Origin: Raillietiella orientalis
Taxonomy: Eukaryota
Reading direction: 5' to 3'
Assembly: GCA_036172245.1 (NCBI GenBank)
Contig: JAYWIR010000006.1
Coordinates: forward strand, 4,774,001-4,838,000
DNA: 64,000 nucleotides
In this document: piece after piece, positions 11,942 to 24,720 of the stretch
Layout of the letters: every line of letters starts with the position of its first letter
Numbering within the stretch: the stretch's first letter is position 1
The notes under the pieces: generated by a model
Databases searched by the model: none
What the model saw: only the letters and a program-made list of their open reading frames with translations
What the model was told of the DNA's origin: nothing
Made by a program: the position numbers and the translations under genes

Positions 11942-12077
11942 CCAAGACGGCCAGGTCCACGGATCCGATGACGGTGCTGAAGGAGGGCGCCTCCGTGGAC
12001 ACTTCGCATCGGTACCGTCCCGCAGATTCCAGAGAGACGTTCTTCAGCACGACCTGGTACCTTCCAGAGGAAACCAC
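11942..12077 (-). CDS. beat: Beat-family exon, second half of the V-type Ig domain
   Basis: Acceptor ctctccttgcAG| (phase 0) and donor |GTGAGT (phase 1); 136 bp. Translates VVSSGRYQVVLKNVSLESAGRYRCEVSTEAPSFSTVIGSVDLAVL, with the Beat motif GxYxCEVSxEAPSFxT. In frame with the preceding exon. Confidence 0.93.
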
Positions 12078-12604
12078 CTGCAAGGAGAGGGAGGAACGCA
12101 TTTTAGCTCGGTCGGGAACACGGGACATTTCCTACTTTTCCTGGAGGCTGGAGGGGCCCCCTTTTCCTTCCCTCCCCCCCCCCGAGACGAGAAGGGGAGC
12201 AAGGAAGTTTGTAGGGGCTCAGAGGGCAGTGAGATCCATCCCACCCTCCTCCACCCCCCCAGAGGGGGATGTCCCCGTGCTGCCCTCCTCCCGGATGGGA
12301 AAAAGAGCTCCCTCAGTTGTCCTTGACCTCTGTGACGTGCTCGCGGATTTCCTGGTTCGCTCTCCCCGAAGGTTCCTGCCGTGACCCGCGGCGGCGCGCG
12401 CCACCTGAGGTCTGGTCGAGGGTCGTTGCGAGGCTCGCCTCAGGGGGAAGAAAGCTGACGGGTCGGACGCGCAAGAAGGTCGAGATGCAGCAGCCCGATG
12501 GCTCGCCAAGAACTAGAGGAGCATCCGCCTAGGGGCTCACAACACCCTTTGACACGTCACCCGCTGGTGCTTATGACTCTTCGGGTCGTAGGGAGTCACC
12601 CGAA

Positions 12605-13270
12605 GAAATGACGACCCTATGAATACAGAAGGAGCTCCAGAGGAAGGAGTCCGTCCCTCCTACGCCTAATAAGGACCCTCGACCTGGTTGTTTTCGAAAG
12701 AAGAACGGAAGGGAACCTCGCCCTTGTTCTCTTCGAGGGGAACCCCGGGAGAATTGAAAGCGCCCTCCTGTTTTTCCTCCGCAGGGAATCCAGAAGGGAT
12801 CCTCTCCTAGAATTTCTTCTCCGGAAGGGAACTGCTCTCTGTTTCCTCCCCTGAAGAGGACCCTCAAGGGAGCGGCGCGCTTCTTGCAATCTGGAAAGGC
12901 AACCTCCTCCGTATAAACTAGCTCCAGGGTGCCCGATGGGGGTCCCTGCCGAGGGGAGAGGACGTCTTCATTTCGCAACAGTAAGGGAACCCCGAAGGCA
13001 ATCGGTCCCTCGATTCCTGGAGGGATCCCGGAAGGTCAACTTCCAATCCCATCCAGTCAACGGGGTCGTCTGGAGTTGTCCGGGTCTTCGATCAGTGCTG
13101 CTGCACCCGGAGCCAACCGAAGGATCAACGAGAATCATCTTGCAAGGGAAACTCGGAACCCACGATACCACCCTCCCCAAGGTTTCTCGGCGTCGACCCC
13201 TCCTCCCCTGGCGGGATTCGAACTCACGATGCCTGGCGCCACACGCGCGGAGACCGCCGCCGCACGGACG
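12605..13270 (-). mobile_element. tRNA-headed SINE-like element, copy 2
   Basis: gggattcgaact at 13213, preceded on the + strand by aacccacga...cggcgtcgaccc. Also carries ggaaggtcaacttcc and ccctatgaat, shared with the other copies. Confidence 0.7.
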
Positions 13271-13849
13271 CCAAAGCGGGCATCGAGGGGCCACAGAATT
13301 TCTTCTTTTCCTTAGAGCTGGGGATGGGGCGGAGAGTTCTGAGGCTGGAGGTGTGGTGCTCCATCTTGACGATTCCACTGTGGAATGGGTGCAGAAATCT
13401 TAAAGGAAGGGTGCATCAAGGGGTGAGTCGCTAGGAGCACCGCATTCCTGCTCTCCTCCCCAAATAGGAGGGGAGAAGGTGAAGCGAAGGCAGAAAAGAC
13501 GAAATCGGTGAGGGGTCAGGAAAGCCGCTCTCGCGCCTTGCGCGGGACCGCGATCGGCAGGGCAGAGCTCTTCGGTTTGCTTTCCCGAGGGGAAGAGAGG
13601 ATTTCCACCGGATCAATCTCAGCTCCAGGCCCTCATGGGACGCGTCACCATCTAGCGTACAGAGGAGGGTGCATCCCGGACTGCCGGGGAGAGCGGTCGG
13701 CGCAGCTCCACCTGCGCGAGGTGCTCCAGAGAGCACGAGCGGAGACGAAGCCACGGGGAGAAATCCCGCTCGGAGACGGGGCTCCACAGGAGGGAATCAG
13801 GGACGGCACCGCGTTCTTTGACCTTCTTCAAGGAGGCAAGACAGGTGCT

Positions 13850-15400
13850 CGAGTGCGAGTGGAACCAGCCTCATGGCCATCGTGGTCACATGCGCGTGCT
13901 TCGAGCAGCGAGGATGCTGTTCTTTTCGATGCCTCCGGGAAAGGTCAGAAGATGACTAGGTTTTGGGAGCCTCGCTCCTCTTGAGGGCTTCCAGGATTCA
14001 CGCCTTTGGCTCCGGCCGAGAGACCTGTAGAAGTGAAAGCCTCTCTGCAGAGGTCAAAAAGGAGGCCCCACTGCCAGAATGGGGTGCTCCACATTCTAAG
14101 AGGAAGCAACGGAACCAAGAACACGAAGCAAGCGGCGTCTCCACTGATCAGCCGGGGTTACGGGAGCGCCAGCAAAGGAAAGTTCTCATAAAGCTGGAAG
14201 AGTCGTGCCCCGAAGCAGGGTGCGACCGAAGGGAAGGCTGGGTCCGATCGGCGTCAGGATTTTGTCCGAGGGCGGAGGCAAGGTCGGATCCTGATGCCGA
14301 GGCTCGAGGTCGGATGCTGGAGTGCAATAACAAGCGATGCCCGATCACAGAGACTGTGAAGATGTTGAGATGTTGGGGTACAGCAGAAGAATTCACCCCT
14401 CGCCCCTTTCAGGATGATGCGCTGGTAACTGGCTGAGCAGACGCCTTAGGCTGCGGTTGCTAAGGGAATCTCTCACTCGTGAATAAACAGTGCTATTTTT
14501 CGACCGCTAATATCCTGGAGAACCCTCTTTCTTCTCGGGAGCCCTGTCGACGGATAATGAGGCTCGACTGCTGGATCCAACGCCGATGTCTTCCTGCCTC
14601 GAGCGCTTAGGAATTGAGGGTGAGCTAAGGTGCGATGGGGTCGGAGAGCAGGCACATGAGGGCACATCATCTGCATCCGTCTCATCATTCCTTCTTGTGA
14701 TGCTTGCGAAATGGAAGAGGATGAAGAAGAGAGTGGTAAGAAGAGGAAGAAGAAGAGGAAGAGAAAGAAAGGGGACGAAAGAGAAGGAAAAGTAGAAAGA
14801 GGAGAAGTAGAAGGAAGAAGAGAAACGAAAGAGGAGGAGGAAGAGAAGAACGGTTTGGAAGCGTCGTATCTTTCCCACGCCAGATGGCATTCCTCTTCAT
14901 CTTTTGGAAGCTAAGAAACGCGTGTGCTTGCGAGTGAGCCTCATAATGTCTCTCACCCTTGAGCATTCAGTCTATTCAAGGTGGGAAACGCAAGGTGAAA
15001 GGGGAGCTACGCAACCGCGACGCTGGAGTTCAGGTGGGCCGGCGTTGCTGAGGAGAGATGGCAGCCCCCTCCCCGCAATACGCTTGCGCTGGGCGCACGA
15101 CATGTGGTTCCTTGGGAGATCTGCCTCGAGACTCCTCTGACTGGACACCACCCTGATATTCCCGCTTTCCTCCAGATGGTCTTTTCCCAAAGATCAGTAG
15201 GAAAGCCGAAACGTGCTCTCCTGGAGCAGGGGGGAGATCCTCTCTCCGTTCGATTATGGATGCCTTCCGATTCGCTTGTTCTCCGGGTCGGGAAGAAGGG
15301 GGTGACCCTACCTAAAAGAGGGACGGGTCTTGAATGATCCGCCGTTCCCTCCATGTCTGTGCGGTCCCGAAAGCTCCGGGAAGCGATCGGTACCCATCTC
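13850..15400 (+). mobile_element. Possible highly decayed LINE RT remnant interrupted by a GA tract
   Basis: GNLSLVNKQCYFSTANILENPL (about RPISLLNxDxKxxxKILxxRL) near 14465-14530, and a weak GV..G.PL.P-like trace near 15040-15090. Weak evidence. Confidence 0.25.
14713..14850. repeat. Polypurine (GA-rich) low-complexity tract
   Basis: About 140 bp of mostly G/A. Confidence 0.85.
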
Positions 15401-16093
15401 TCGGAAGAGAGTCACTTCCTCGAGCCCTCAGGCGGACGTCCGTGGAACACTCAGTGGCCAAAGATGCCCCATAACTCACGTTTCCCTTAACAGAATCATA
15501 AAAAAAAAAAAAAAGGTGGGCAGACGACAAGATGAGTCGGCCGATCTTTTTCAGATGAACCATGAAATCCGCATTGAAGGCAATCCGTCACAATTTGGGG
15601 GATTTCTCCCTTGCGACCCCACCCGGATGCTCGGGCTGCAGGATACTGCATGTCTTTCTTCTCTGTGGAGTTAGAGCCGCGATCCAAATTCGCTTTTTTC
15701 CTGCATCCATGTGCTCATCCTTCCCGAGAGCAAGTTCTCGATAAAAATCTCACCGGTGTGGCATCGATCTCTTGCGGGAATTCGGACCGTCATCTCAGAG
15801 CGCGATTTACGGCCGCATTATCTCGCCTCGGATGCTCCCTCCTCCCTGCTCCCGGATCGCGCCGCCGCCCTGGTCCCCTCGCCGTGCTCTTCCTCACACC
15901 GCTCTTCGGAGTGGGGACGGCGCCGACCGCCGGCTGGAGTCTCGAGAAGAGGCGACCGGCGTTCACTCGGTCCCTCCATCTCGGGGGGGACGCGCCCCGC
16001 AGCTCCATTTTCGGAAGATTCCAGAAGCCCGGGGAGCAGCTGGACCAGTCTCATCGTTTGCTCTTGTGATGCCTGCGAAGCGGTAGAATGAGT

Positions 16094-16282
16094 GGAAGGG
16101 AGGAGAAGGAGAAAAAAGGGAGAAGGAGGGAAAGGAAGGGAAAAAGAGGAGGAGGAAGGGAGAAGGAGGAGGAGAAAGAGAGGAGGAGGAGGAAGAGAAG
16201 AAAAAGAAAGAAGGAGGAAGGGAGGACAAGGAGGAGGGAGGGAAAAGGACAAAAGGAAGAAAAAGAGGAAGAAGAAGAAGAA
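16094..16282. repeat. Polypurine (GA-rich) low-complexity tract
   Basis: About 190 bp of G/A with only two C. Confidence 0.9.
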
Positions 16283-17799
16283 CTGCATCTTTCCCAAACC
16301 AGCTGACGCGCATCGAAGGGGCAGCTCCCGGTGCTTCGAAAGGTACCACTCGCTCTTTCGCCTCCCCGGCACGGTGACCGGAGACTTGGCCCACACCATG
16401 CAAGCGAACTGCCAGTGAGGGCTCCTCCCTGGCTAGAGGTGGTGGTGCAGCCCCAGGTCCCCCTCGCGATACTTCAGTAGGGACCCGGTGTGTCTTTGAG
16501 GCGCGAACGCTTTCCGAATCTGCCGCGGATAGAGCGCGAGGGGCGTCCCCCTTAGTTCTGTCGGACCCAGGAACGCGGGACGCAAGTATCCTTGCGGTCC
16601 AAGAATCCGCAGTGTTTTTGCCGAGGCACCCCGTTGCTGCCGCCGGCGACCACCGACACGGTGGAGGATGCAGCGGCCCTTCGCCAGCTTCCGATCTGCA
16701 GAGTGTAACGTTGCCTTCCGCACCCGAGAACGACGGTCCGCGAGGGAATCCGCTCCCAGGCAGCCCGGGAGCTCCCAGCCTAGTCAGGAGGACCCCGTGG
16801 AGACGAGGAGTCGGACCACGAAGCGAAGACGGTGGCAGAAGTCCCACAGGCGAGCAACTTCTGGGTCCGAAGTGGCCTTTCGCCTGTCGAGCCGCCCGCC
16901 CGTCCAGTTCGCCACAACGATCCACTGCCTCGGGAATCACCACGGCCCACATTCCCGGAAATCTGCAGCCGAAGCCATTGGGAGCCCCGGAGACGTAAAT
17001 CTTCGGCAGACAGGAGCATTTGTTTCCGTATCTAGCGGCGTGTCCCCTCTTCCAGGTGGACGCCAAAGCCCGTTCCGGGAGCGGAGGAGGATGAGGTTAC
17101 GCCAGCCGACGCCGAGGCAGCAGGAAAGCGGGACAGACGGGAGAGGAGTGGGGTCCACGGGAGCAAATCTCGAGCTGGGATCGCAGAGTCAGTCGGGAGG
17201 GACTGGGAGCTGTGAAAAAGGTACGGAGGCAGACTCATAAGTCAGGAGCAGGGACACAAAAGGTAGCTGCCACTCGGAGCCGAAATCCCGGCGAGATAAG
17301 GGAAGCGGCTCGACTCGGGAGGAGAGCGTGCGCATTATTTCGACGGGAGGAAAAGGGTCGCCGAGAAACGGAAGGAGATGGAGTGCGTACGAGTCCATAA
17401 CAGAGAGGATTTAACCGGAATCCCACTGGGATTAATGAATCGGGAACACGGACGTCCAGGTGATTGCATCGATGCAAATCGGGGATGCGGCGGGGCTGCG
17501 AAGCTGGCGAGCGGCGGGGTGGTGGAGGCGCGGACCACCTGGTTTCCCGGGGAACCGGTGAGGAAGGCGACTACGAGGAGTCGGAGAGCGGCCCCGGGAG
17601 AGGACTTGCGTTGTGGTGCCCGGCGGGAGCCAAACCGAGACGGAAGTCGGCTTTCCTCTCTTTGGGTTCTCAAGGAGCGCTGCAGGACCATTTCCTCCCC
17701 CACCCCTCGCCCTTAGGAAAGGGCCTGACGAAGCTCTTTAAGCAACGTCCACGCCACCTGGGGGTGAGCGCAACTCTTTACGTTATAGGGAGCATCTGG

Positions 17800-18475
17800 G
17801 AGGGGACCATTCCATGAATCCACGAAGGGTCCAGTGGAAGGAATCCGTTCTTCTCACGCTTAGGAGGGAACTTCGAAGGGAACCCTCACTTCAGTTGTCT
17901 CCAAAGGGAACTTCTCCTTTATTCTCTCCGTAGGTACCTCCCGGAGGGGGCCACTCATTTCGTCATCAAAGGGAGCCCGAAAAGGATGTGCTCCTTGTTT
18001 ATTCCTCTAAAGGAATGCTGCCCGAAGGAAGCAGCGCAATTCTTACACTCCTAAAGAGGCGACTCCCCGGGGGAGGTATCAACCAGCTCCATGGTACGCG
18101 ATTTAGGGTCTCCCCCAGAAGGGAGAAAGGCTTCCTTTTCTCAGCCGGAGGAGAATCCTGAGGTGAACTGCCTCCTTAGTTCTTGGAAGGATCCCGGGGG
18201 GTCAAGGGAGGGAGAGGATGAGAAGATGAGGAGGAAGGGAGGAGAAGGAGTCAATGGACCAGACCAGTCAACGGAGGCATGCGGCTCTCACCAGTGCCGC
18301 AACCGAAGCCCACCGAGATCAACCAGCACCATCCTGCGGAGGATACTCCAAACCCACGACGCACCCATTTCTTGGCGTTGACCCTTCTTCCCCTCCGGGG
18401 GGGATTCGAATTCGAACCCACAACGTCCGGTGCCTCTGGGCGCAGAGGCCGGAGCCACGTGGCTACGAGGCCGCC
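17800..18475 (-). mobile_element. tRNA-headed SINE-like element, copy 3
   Basis: A-box-like TAGCCACGTGG (18455-18465, minus) and a B-box with a duplicated TTCGAA (18401-18418). Shares gtatcaaccagctccatggtac with copy 1. Confidence 0.72.
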
Positions 18476-18787
18476 TGGCCGTTCGTGAGGTGCACACGAG
18501 GAAGTCGAAGGCCAGCGTGGTGACAGGGGCATCTCACAGGAAAAGGGAGTAAGCACCCTTGTTGACCCGGGAGCGCAGCTGGGTTAGCGGAATCTGGCAC
18601 GACATTGTGACCCGGTCGGGTAAACGTAGCGAAAGTGCTCGAGACGGGGCGGACGAAACCAACGTCCTCCTTTGGCGCGCGCGGGACTTCAAGCGGGAAA
18701 GGCCGGAGAAACCTGCCCTCCGGTTCCCTCTGCGAGGCGCCCCACCAGCGAGGAAGAGGAGAAGAAAAAACCGGAAACCGCACTTAC

Positions 18788-18993
18788 GTCAACGGTGACT
18801 TCCGGGAGGTTGAATGCTTGAGCAGATGGCATCTCGTTGGGCAGGTAGCGGAAGAACTCGTGCTGCTCTTTGTACCATTTGATGGAGTACAGGCTGTCGC
18901 CTTCGAGGTCGTAGTCGCAGTGCAGCTTGGCCCATCCGTCCTTCTGCACGAACTCCGGGGCGGCGACCTTGTTCAATCGAATGAGCAGCATCT
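18788..18993 (-). CDS. beat: Beat (beaten path)-family Ig protein, internal exon encoding the first half of the N-terminal V-type Ig domain
   Basis: Acceptor ...tttttccAG| (phase 1) and donor |GTAAGTG (phase 0). Translates MLLIRLNKVAAPEFVQKDGWAKLHCDYDLEGDSLYSIKWYKEQHEFFRYLPNEMPSAQAFNLPEVTVD, which matches the Beat pattern LxCxYDLxxxxLYSxKWYKxxxEFFRYxP. The specific paralogue cannot be assigned. Confidence 0.93.
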
Positions 18994-19229
18994 CTGGAAA
19001 AAGATAACTCCTCGAAGATCTTCTGCCGGGAGGCGGAACTCTTGGGGTTTCCTGCATGCCGTGGGCGAGAGTTAGTCGGTCGCGGACTCTGGCTCCGTGC
19101 CACGCGCTGACCGAATGGACATTCCTGAGTGCGAAGAGGGGCCCACGAACTCGACGGAGGAGGCTGGGAACTCGTGAGGCCCTGAGAAAAAGATCAGGAA
19201 GGACAGCAGATTCTGGATGTCTCCTGAGG

Positions 19230-19470
19230 GAACCCCGAAAGGTTCCTTGGTTCCCCAAAAGACCCCGGAGGTCGACTTCTAATCCCTACCGGTCAACCGG
19301 GTCTCTGACTCCCACCAGCGGCGCGCCCAAATAAACCAGAGTCATCTCGTGGGGAAGGGACTCGAAAACCACGACGCACAACCCGCTCTAGGCGTCGACC
19401 CTTCCATCCCGGGAGGGATTCGAACCCGCGACGGCCGGTGCCTCCGCGCGGTCGCCAACGCGGACGTAGG
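19230..19470 (-). mobile_element. tRNA-headed SINE-like element, copy 4 (3'-truncated)
   Basis: gggattcgaaccc at 19415, plus aaaaccacgacgcac...ggcgtcgaccc and ggaggtcgacttc. Confidence 0.65.
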
Positions 19471-20469
19471 TTGAGGGCGGGCTTCTGGAAGCGCTGCCCG
19501 CCTCACGTGCGTGTGTGGAAGGCGGCGACCGATTGGGAGCGCGGTGGCTCGTCCAATTGGGGCTTCCCTCGTCGTCGCAGGCAGCTTCTGGTTCCCGACA
19601 AGCCTCGGACACGCGATGCTGGGAAGCGGCCACGCGGGTGATCCGGCGGAGCACGCAACTCTGGCGCGCATCCGCCTTTTTCCCGCCCGCGCGGAGCTAG
19701 CCGCCACCCTCGTTCGAGCCGGTCCAGTCGCTGCGAGACCGGAGCCTGCTTCCGCGATCGGAGACGAACCGGCCACTGGCTTGCAAACTAGCCAGTCACA
19801 GACGCGCAAAACCCGGCGCAGTCTGTCCCGCGCTGGTGGCTCTACGAGGAACATCATGTGGACCCACCAGCTCTTCTGGATCGCGTTGAGGTGGTTCCTT
19901 CGGGGCTCAGCCGACACGCCTCGCGGACGAACCGTGGAAATCGTAGGAAGGCGTCCTACCGGAACGCGTGCGTGGGAAGAGGATGTCCGAGGAACCGAAA
20001 TTCAGCACCCTTTCTGGATTCTCGACTCTGTGCTCCCATTGTATCCGGTTGTTTCGTCTTTGCTCCCTTCACAGCTTTCCAGACCGGAAGCAACGCTAGT
20101 GACCGCCACCACTGACCAGTTCTCTACCTGCGACGTTAGCAGCCAGAGCAGGAAGTTTCCGCGTGCCCTCTACGGGAGCCTTCTGGGAAACCAGGGATGT
20201 TGTTTGGCTCTCCCGTCCTGCCAGAATCCCCTCTCGGCCACGTCAGCAGGCTCTGACACGGCCAACCGTTCCGGAAATGAGCTCCCGTCCTTATCGACTG
20301 TTCCAGGAGGTGCCGACTCCACTAGAGGTCGCCAGGAAGGGAGAACCAACTGCATGAATCCTGCACGATGACCTAGGCTGCATCCCACATGGTTTCAAAA
20401 TACGGAATGGTGCTGCGTGGGGATTCCACCATTCCATGTCCTTGCTGCTAGCGAGGGCAGAAAATCTAC

Positions 20470-21250
20470 TTCTTAAAAGAGAAAATTTTTTACGAGGGCA
20501 TCCTCTCCCGTTCTAAACAGATGGAAGAGATGGATAATAGAAACGGCATGTCCTCTTGAGAGAAGAAAGGACTGGAAGACGATGTTGAAGCATCCCTGCA
20601 TGGAAGTGATCCACGAGAGTTTCTGCTTCGCCGGCCGACTGTGATGACTCCCCCCCTGTATCCTAATAAAGTGAATCTTTATACGGATGGAAGACGGCGA
20701 GGGTGCTGCTGCCTTCCCGTTTCCTCCTGAGCGTGGTGGAGGAAATCCCAGCATTTCTAAGATCCATCTGGCATTTCTTTCTGAATTTAAAGATCACAAC
20801 AGTAATGGGTCGCATTGCGTGACGTCGTTGTGACCATCTGCTTTGCAACGAAGGCAGAACGAGTAGGTATTTCCCCGTGTCCTCAGAGGTCTTAATACTA
20901 TTCCTCCGTATCCTTTTGGACCCAAAGATGTATGGACTTCGAAATTTAAGAAACTTGGTGGAAGCTGATATGAAGATCATTGGCAAAGCTTTTTCATATT
21001 CGTGTGCAGCCTCCGTCTTGCTCGGTAGCCGCAGGCTTCCGCTGGTGACGGTCGCTTCCTGAGTACAAGGCGGCTGCAGTTGTTGGCTTTGGGATCCCAA
21101 GCCGCACTTACTAAAGAAAGCACGGCTTTCGTGCTTCCGCTGCTTTCCGAGAGTATCTGCGCTTTGGGAACATTATCCCGTCTCCTCCAGAGATGCTTTC
21201 GATCCAGGTGCGCTTCAAATCCTCCGTGCTACTATCGAGGAACATTCCTC
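20470..21250 (-). mobile_element. Possible L1/Tx1-like ORF2 3' remnant
   Basis: Lower-GC block. Minus frames give LGPKGYGGIVLRPL (about PKxxGGLGLxDL) and later RRLPSV...AETLVDHF (about RLPT...ETxDHL). Heavily decayed. Confidence 0.35.
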
Positions 21251-21857
21251 TCGCGTCCCAGCGCGGACGCTCCCATTTGTGACTCCTTTCTACGATCAAC
21301 ACACACACACACATCATCCGACTCGCGTATCACGTAAGAGGACGCAGAAACCGCTGATTAATGAAATTCCCAGGCACGTGTACATTAACCTACTGTAATG
21401 AGACCGACGGCTCACCGGGAACCGCAGACAAACTCTTTGATTCCGTTAACTCGGCTCCCATGAATGACAGCTACTAATTACCCTTCAGTAAACAGTCGGC
21501 TCGCATCCCGGTGGAAACAGGGAGAGCAAACACTCCCGATCCACGATCCACGCCGCAGCCTAGCACCGACTCCGGGCTCGCTCTACTTGTTGCTAGCACG
21601 GAGGGCATGCGTTTTATGTGCCAGACCTTCAGACGGCTGAAACATGGCGCCGGCACTGTTCTTTAATTTGCCCGTGTGTCCTGCCTTCTCGCATGATTTC
21701 ACTCGGATGTTTGGATTTCCTGATTGCCCACTGCTACGAACTCAGAAGGAGCAAGGCCTTCCCCCCCCTCCTTCTCCTTTTCCTCTTCCTTCTTTCTGGC
21801 GACGCGCTACTCTGCGCTGTATTTGCGGGGATACAAGCGTTTTCCTCACTCCTCCAG

Positions 21858-22228
21858 CACGGGCATTAGAGCAGGAGAAGGCGGGTGCTCTGGAACCGTC
21901 GGGATGGGTTCTGGCCATGACCTCGGAGCGGCAGCCACGGCATGGCGGAACGTGTGCGCATCGGGGTGGAAGCGACCCTGAGGCTCACGAGATGGCAGCG
22001 GGAACGGCTCGCGTCCAGTTTCAAAGCATTCACCTGTCGGTTTCCCCGTCGGCCATTCTTCCTGAAACTGGACGCGAGCCGTTCCCGCTGCCATCTCGTG
22101 GGCCTCAGGGTCGCTTCCACCCCGATGCGCACACGTTCCGCCATGCCGTGGCTACCGCTCCGAGATCATGGCCACAACCCATCCCGACTGTTCCAGCGCA
22201 CCCGCCTTCTCCTGCTGAGATGCCTGTG
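21858..22228. repeat. Long hairpin: 166-bp inverted arms (21858-22023 / 22063-22228) with a 39-bp loop
   Basis: Manual alignment of one arm against the reverse complement of the other gives about 10 mismatches in 166 bp and no gaps. Confidence 0.95.
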
Positions 22229-24284
22229 GCTCAGTGAGATGAAAGCACGAAGAGGTTAGAATGGTAGCATTCGAGAAAGCAGGGGATTATGTCAGCTGGC
22301 TTGAGTGCTCGGTGCTAGAAGGGTTGGTCAGCCTGAAGATGCCGAAATCGGTAGATGATGGATTTATCGACCCGAATAATTCGTGGAAAGCTAAGCAAGA
22401 AAGCCACTCTACTCAGAGCCAGTGGTGCTGTACCAAGGCACGTCCCTTTGGACAAAGCGCCCTGAGACGTTGTGAGGAAACTCCCCTTTGCGGAGGCGCT
22501 CCTCTTCCCCGCGCACGCAGCCGGGCACTCGCTGCTTCAGTGTGTTTCTTCGCGAGCTGCCGCAGAGGTTTTTCTGGACAACAACGCTGCAGGCCCAGGG
22601 GAGCGGACGAACAACTGGAACGAGGAGCGCGCGCGCTCCTCTTGCGTGACTTCGTTCCCACGGGTTCGCCTAACGCCACGTTTGCGCGCGGACTCTTTTG
22701 AGAGAGAAAGTCCCTCTCGTGCTGTGTGCGACGGACCACGAGGATCTCGAAGGAAGGCAGGGGATGGACCCCTCCGAACGGTGAACCGGGCCGCCAAGCT
22801 CTTCCGCGGCCTACCCTCTTCCCGGCAAGGTCGAGAGGGTTGTCCGGCAGTCATCAGCAGGGGCCCCGGCACAGGCTGAGCCACCCGCCGTCCCGCTTCG
22901 TCCCGTGCCCCCGCGACGGGCCTCCTTTCCCGGGAGGACTTCCTGTGGCTCTGCGAGGCTCCCTTCCCGGCAGGCCGCGTGCTAATTTTTCATGTCTCTC
23001 TGCTCTGCTGAAGCGAGGAGGAAACGAACGCTTCGAGCTACACGGTCGAAGATGAATACATGGCAGCATCTCCCTAAAAGCATGCAGGAGCCGCTTTAAT
23101 TTGATTTTCCCGTTCCTTGCCGATCCCTGTTTTCTTTATCCACTAAGCATTTTTGATGGATGCGTTCCATCACACCGGCCAAAATTCGCAGTTCAAACAC
23201 AAACGGGCGACCTCCGTAGGCGCGCGATTGGGCGTTCGGGTCCTTGGACCGTCCGCCTCCCGCGAGCTGTGTTTATTTAAAGATTAAGAGAGGTTCCCGT
23301 TCTCTTGTTTTCTGAGATTTATATCTAGATTCGCAGTCATCGGCCCAGGAATATTTGCTCAGACTCCCCCCCGCTCCAAGGAAGACGTCCTCCGGCCATT
23401 ACGGCATGATGAAAACAAAAAACAACACACACAAAAAAGTCATCCGACTGAAAACTCGGGCGTGTTCCTTACGGGGGGGGGGGTGACGCAGAGATCACGT
23501 GGCGGGATGGAAACGGCGGTGAGGAAACGAACCGCTTGCAGAAAGGGAAGCATCTGGCCGGGTTCGGGCGGCACTGCAGCCGCGTGGGGAAGACGCGAGC
23601 GCGCGTCTCCGCTGGGAGATAGGGAGCGGTAGTGCGACGGAGACTGGGGAGCTCGGTTTCGGTTGGGGCGGAACTGCCGCTGCTCTCACACGTCCGCATG
23701 GGTGAGGAGGCCGTCCGAGGTGAGGGCTCTCGAGGGATGAAGGACTTTTCGCTCTTTTTTCGTACGGTACGGTGATTTTTCCTCCTGGAGAGGCTACAAG
23801 GGGATGTCGTTTCGCACGAGATGGCGTGATGCTCCAGGCGGCATGTTGGAACGCGAGGTGACTCTGGGAGGAAGAACCGAAAGTGCCCCAAGCTGCTTCC
23901 TTTCCGGGTCGAAGAGGCGCCAGTTTCGTGTGCAGGCGGTGTGCTCTCATTCTCAGAACAGGGTGGAATAGTGCGTGGGAGTTCGGAGGGACTCCTGCGA
24001 GTGCTGCTGGCCCTGCCCTCCCCTTCCGGTCGCACGAACAGGAGAGGGGAGGATCTTCGAGAGAGGTCCTTCAAAAGCACGGAGTCTTGTGCGTTCCTCC
24101 ATGCCCCGCCGCCCCCGAAAGTAGCGACTCGAGAAGGGCACGCGTGTGCCTGCAGCCTGGAATCGCATGATGTGAGGGAGGGAGGTGAGAATGGTTGCGG
24201 ACTGCTTGAAGATGTTGCATTTCCGGAATGCAAAGAGTCCGTTCAGCTAAGTCCTCGAATGCGTTTTCGTTGCCCTCGCCTCTA

Positions 24285-24720
24285 CTCCTCCACCCTGTCC
24301 GCTCTTTCTCTTTATTCCTCCTTTATCTCTTCTCCTCCTTCTTTCCTCCCTTCCTCCTCCACTTCCTCTTTATCTTTCACTCTTTCCTCCTCGTCCTCCT
24401 CCTTTCCTGCACCTCTTTCTCTTCCTCCTCTATTCCTCCTCTTCCATCCTTCCTCTTTTTCCTTTCCTCTTCTTCCTTTCCTTCCTTTTCTGTTTTTTCT
24501 TTTCTCTCGAATCTACGCTTCCCCTCTGCCTACACAGCCATTTCCTCCTTTTTACCTTTTTTCCCCCCTCCTCATTCCCTTCCTCCTACTGTTCCATCTT
24601 TTCACTTCTTCCTTTCCTCTTCGCCTTCCTCCTCCTCCCTTTCTCTTCTCTCCCTTTTCCCCTTCGTCCTTCTCCTCTCCTTCACTTCCCCTCTTCGCTC
24701 TCTTCTTCCCTTCCTTCTCC
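24285..24720. repeat. Polypyrimidine (CT-rich) low-complexity tract
   Basis: About 435 bp almost entirely C/T. Confidence 0.9.
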
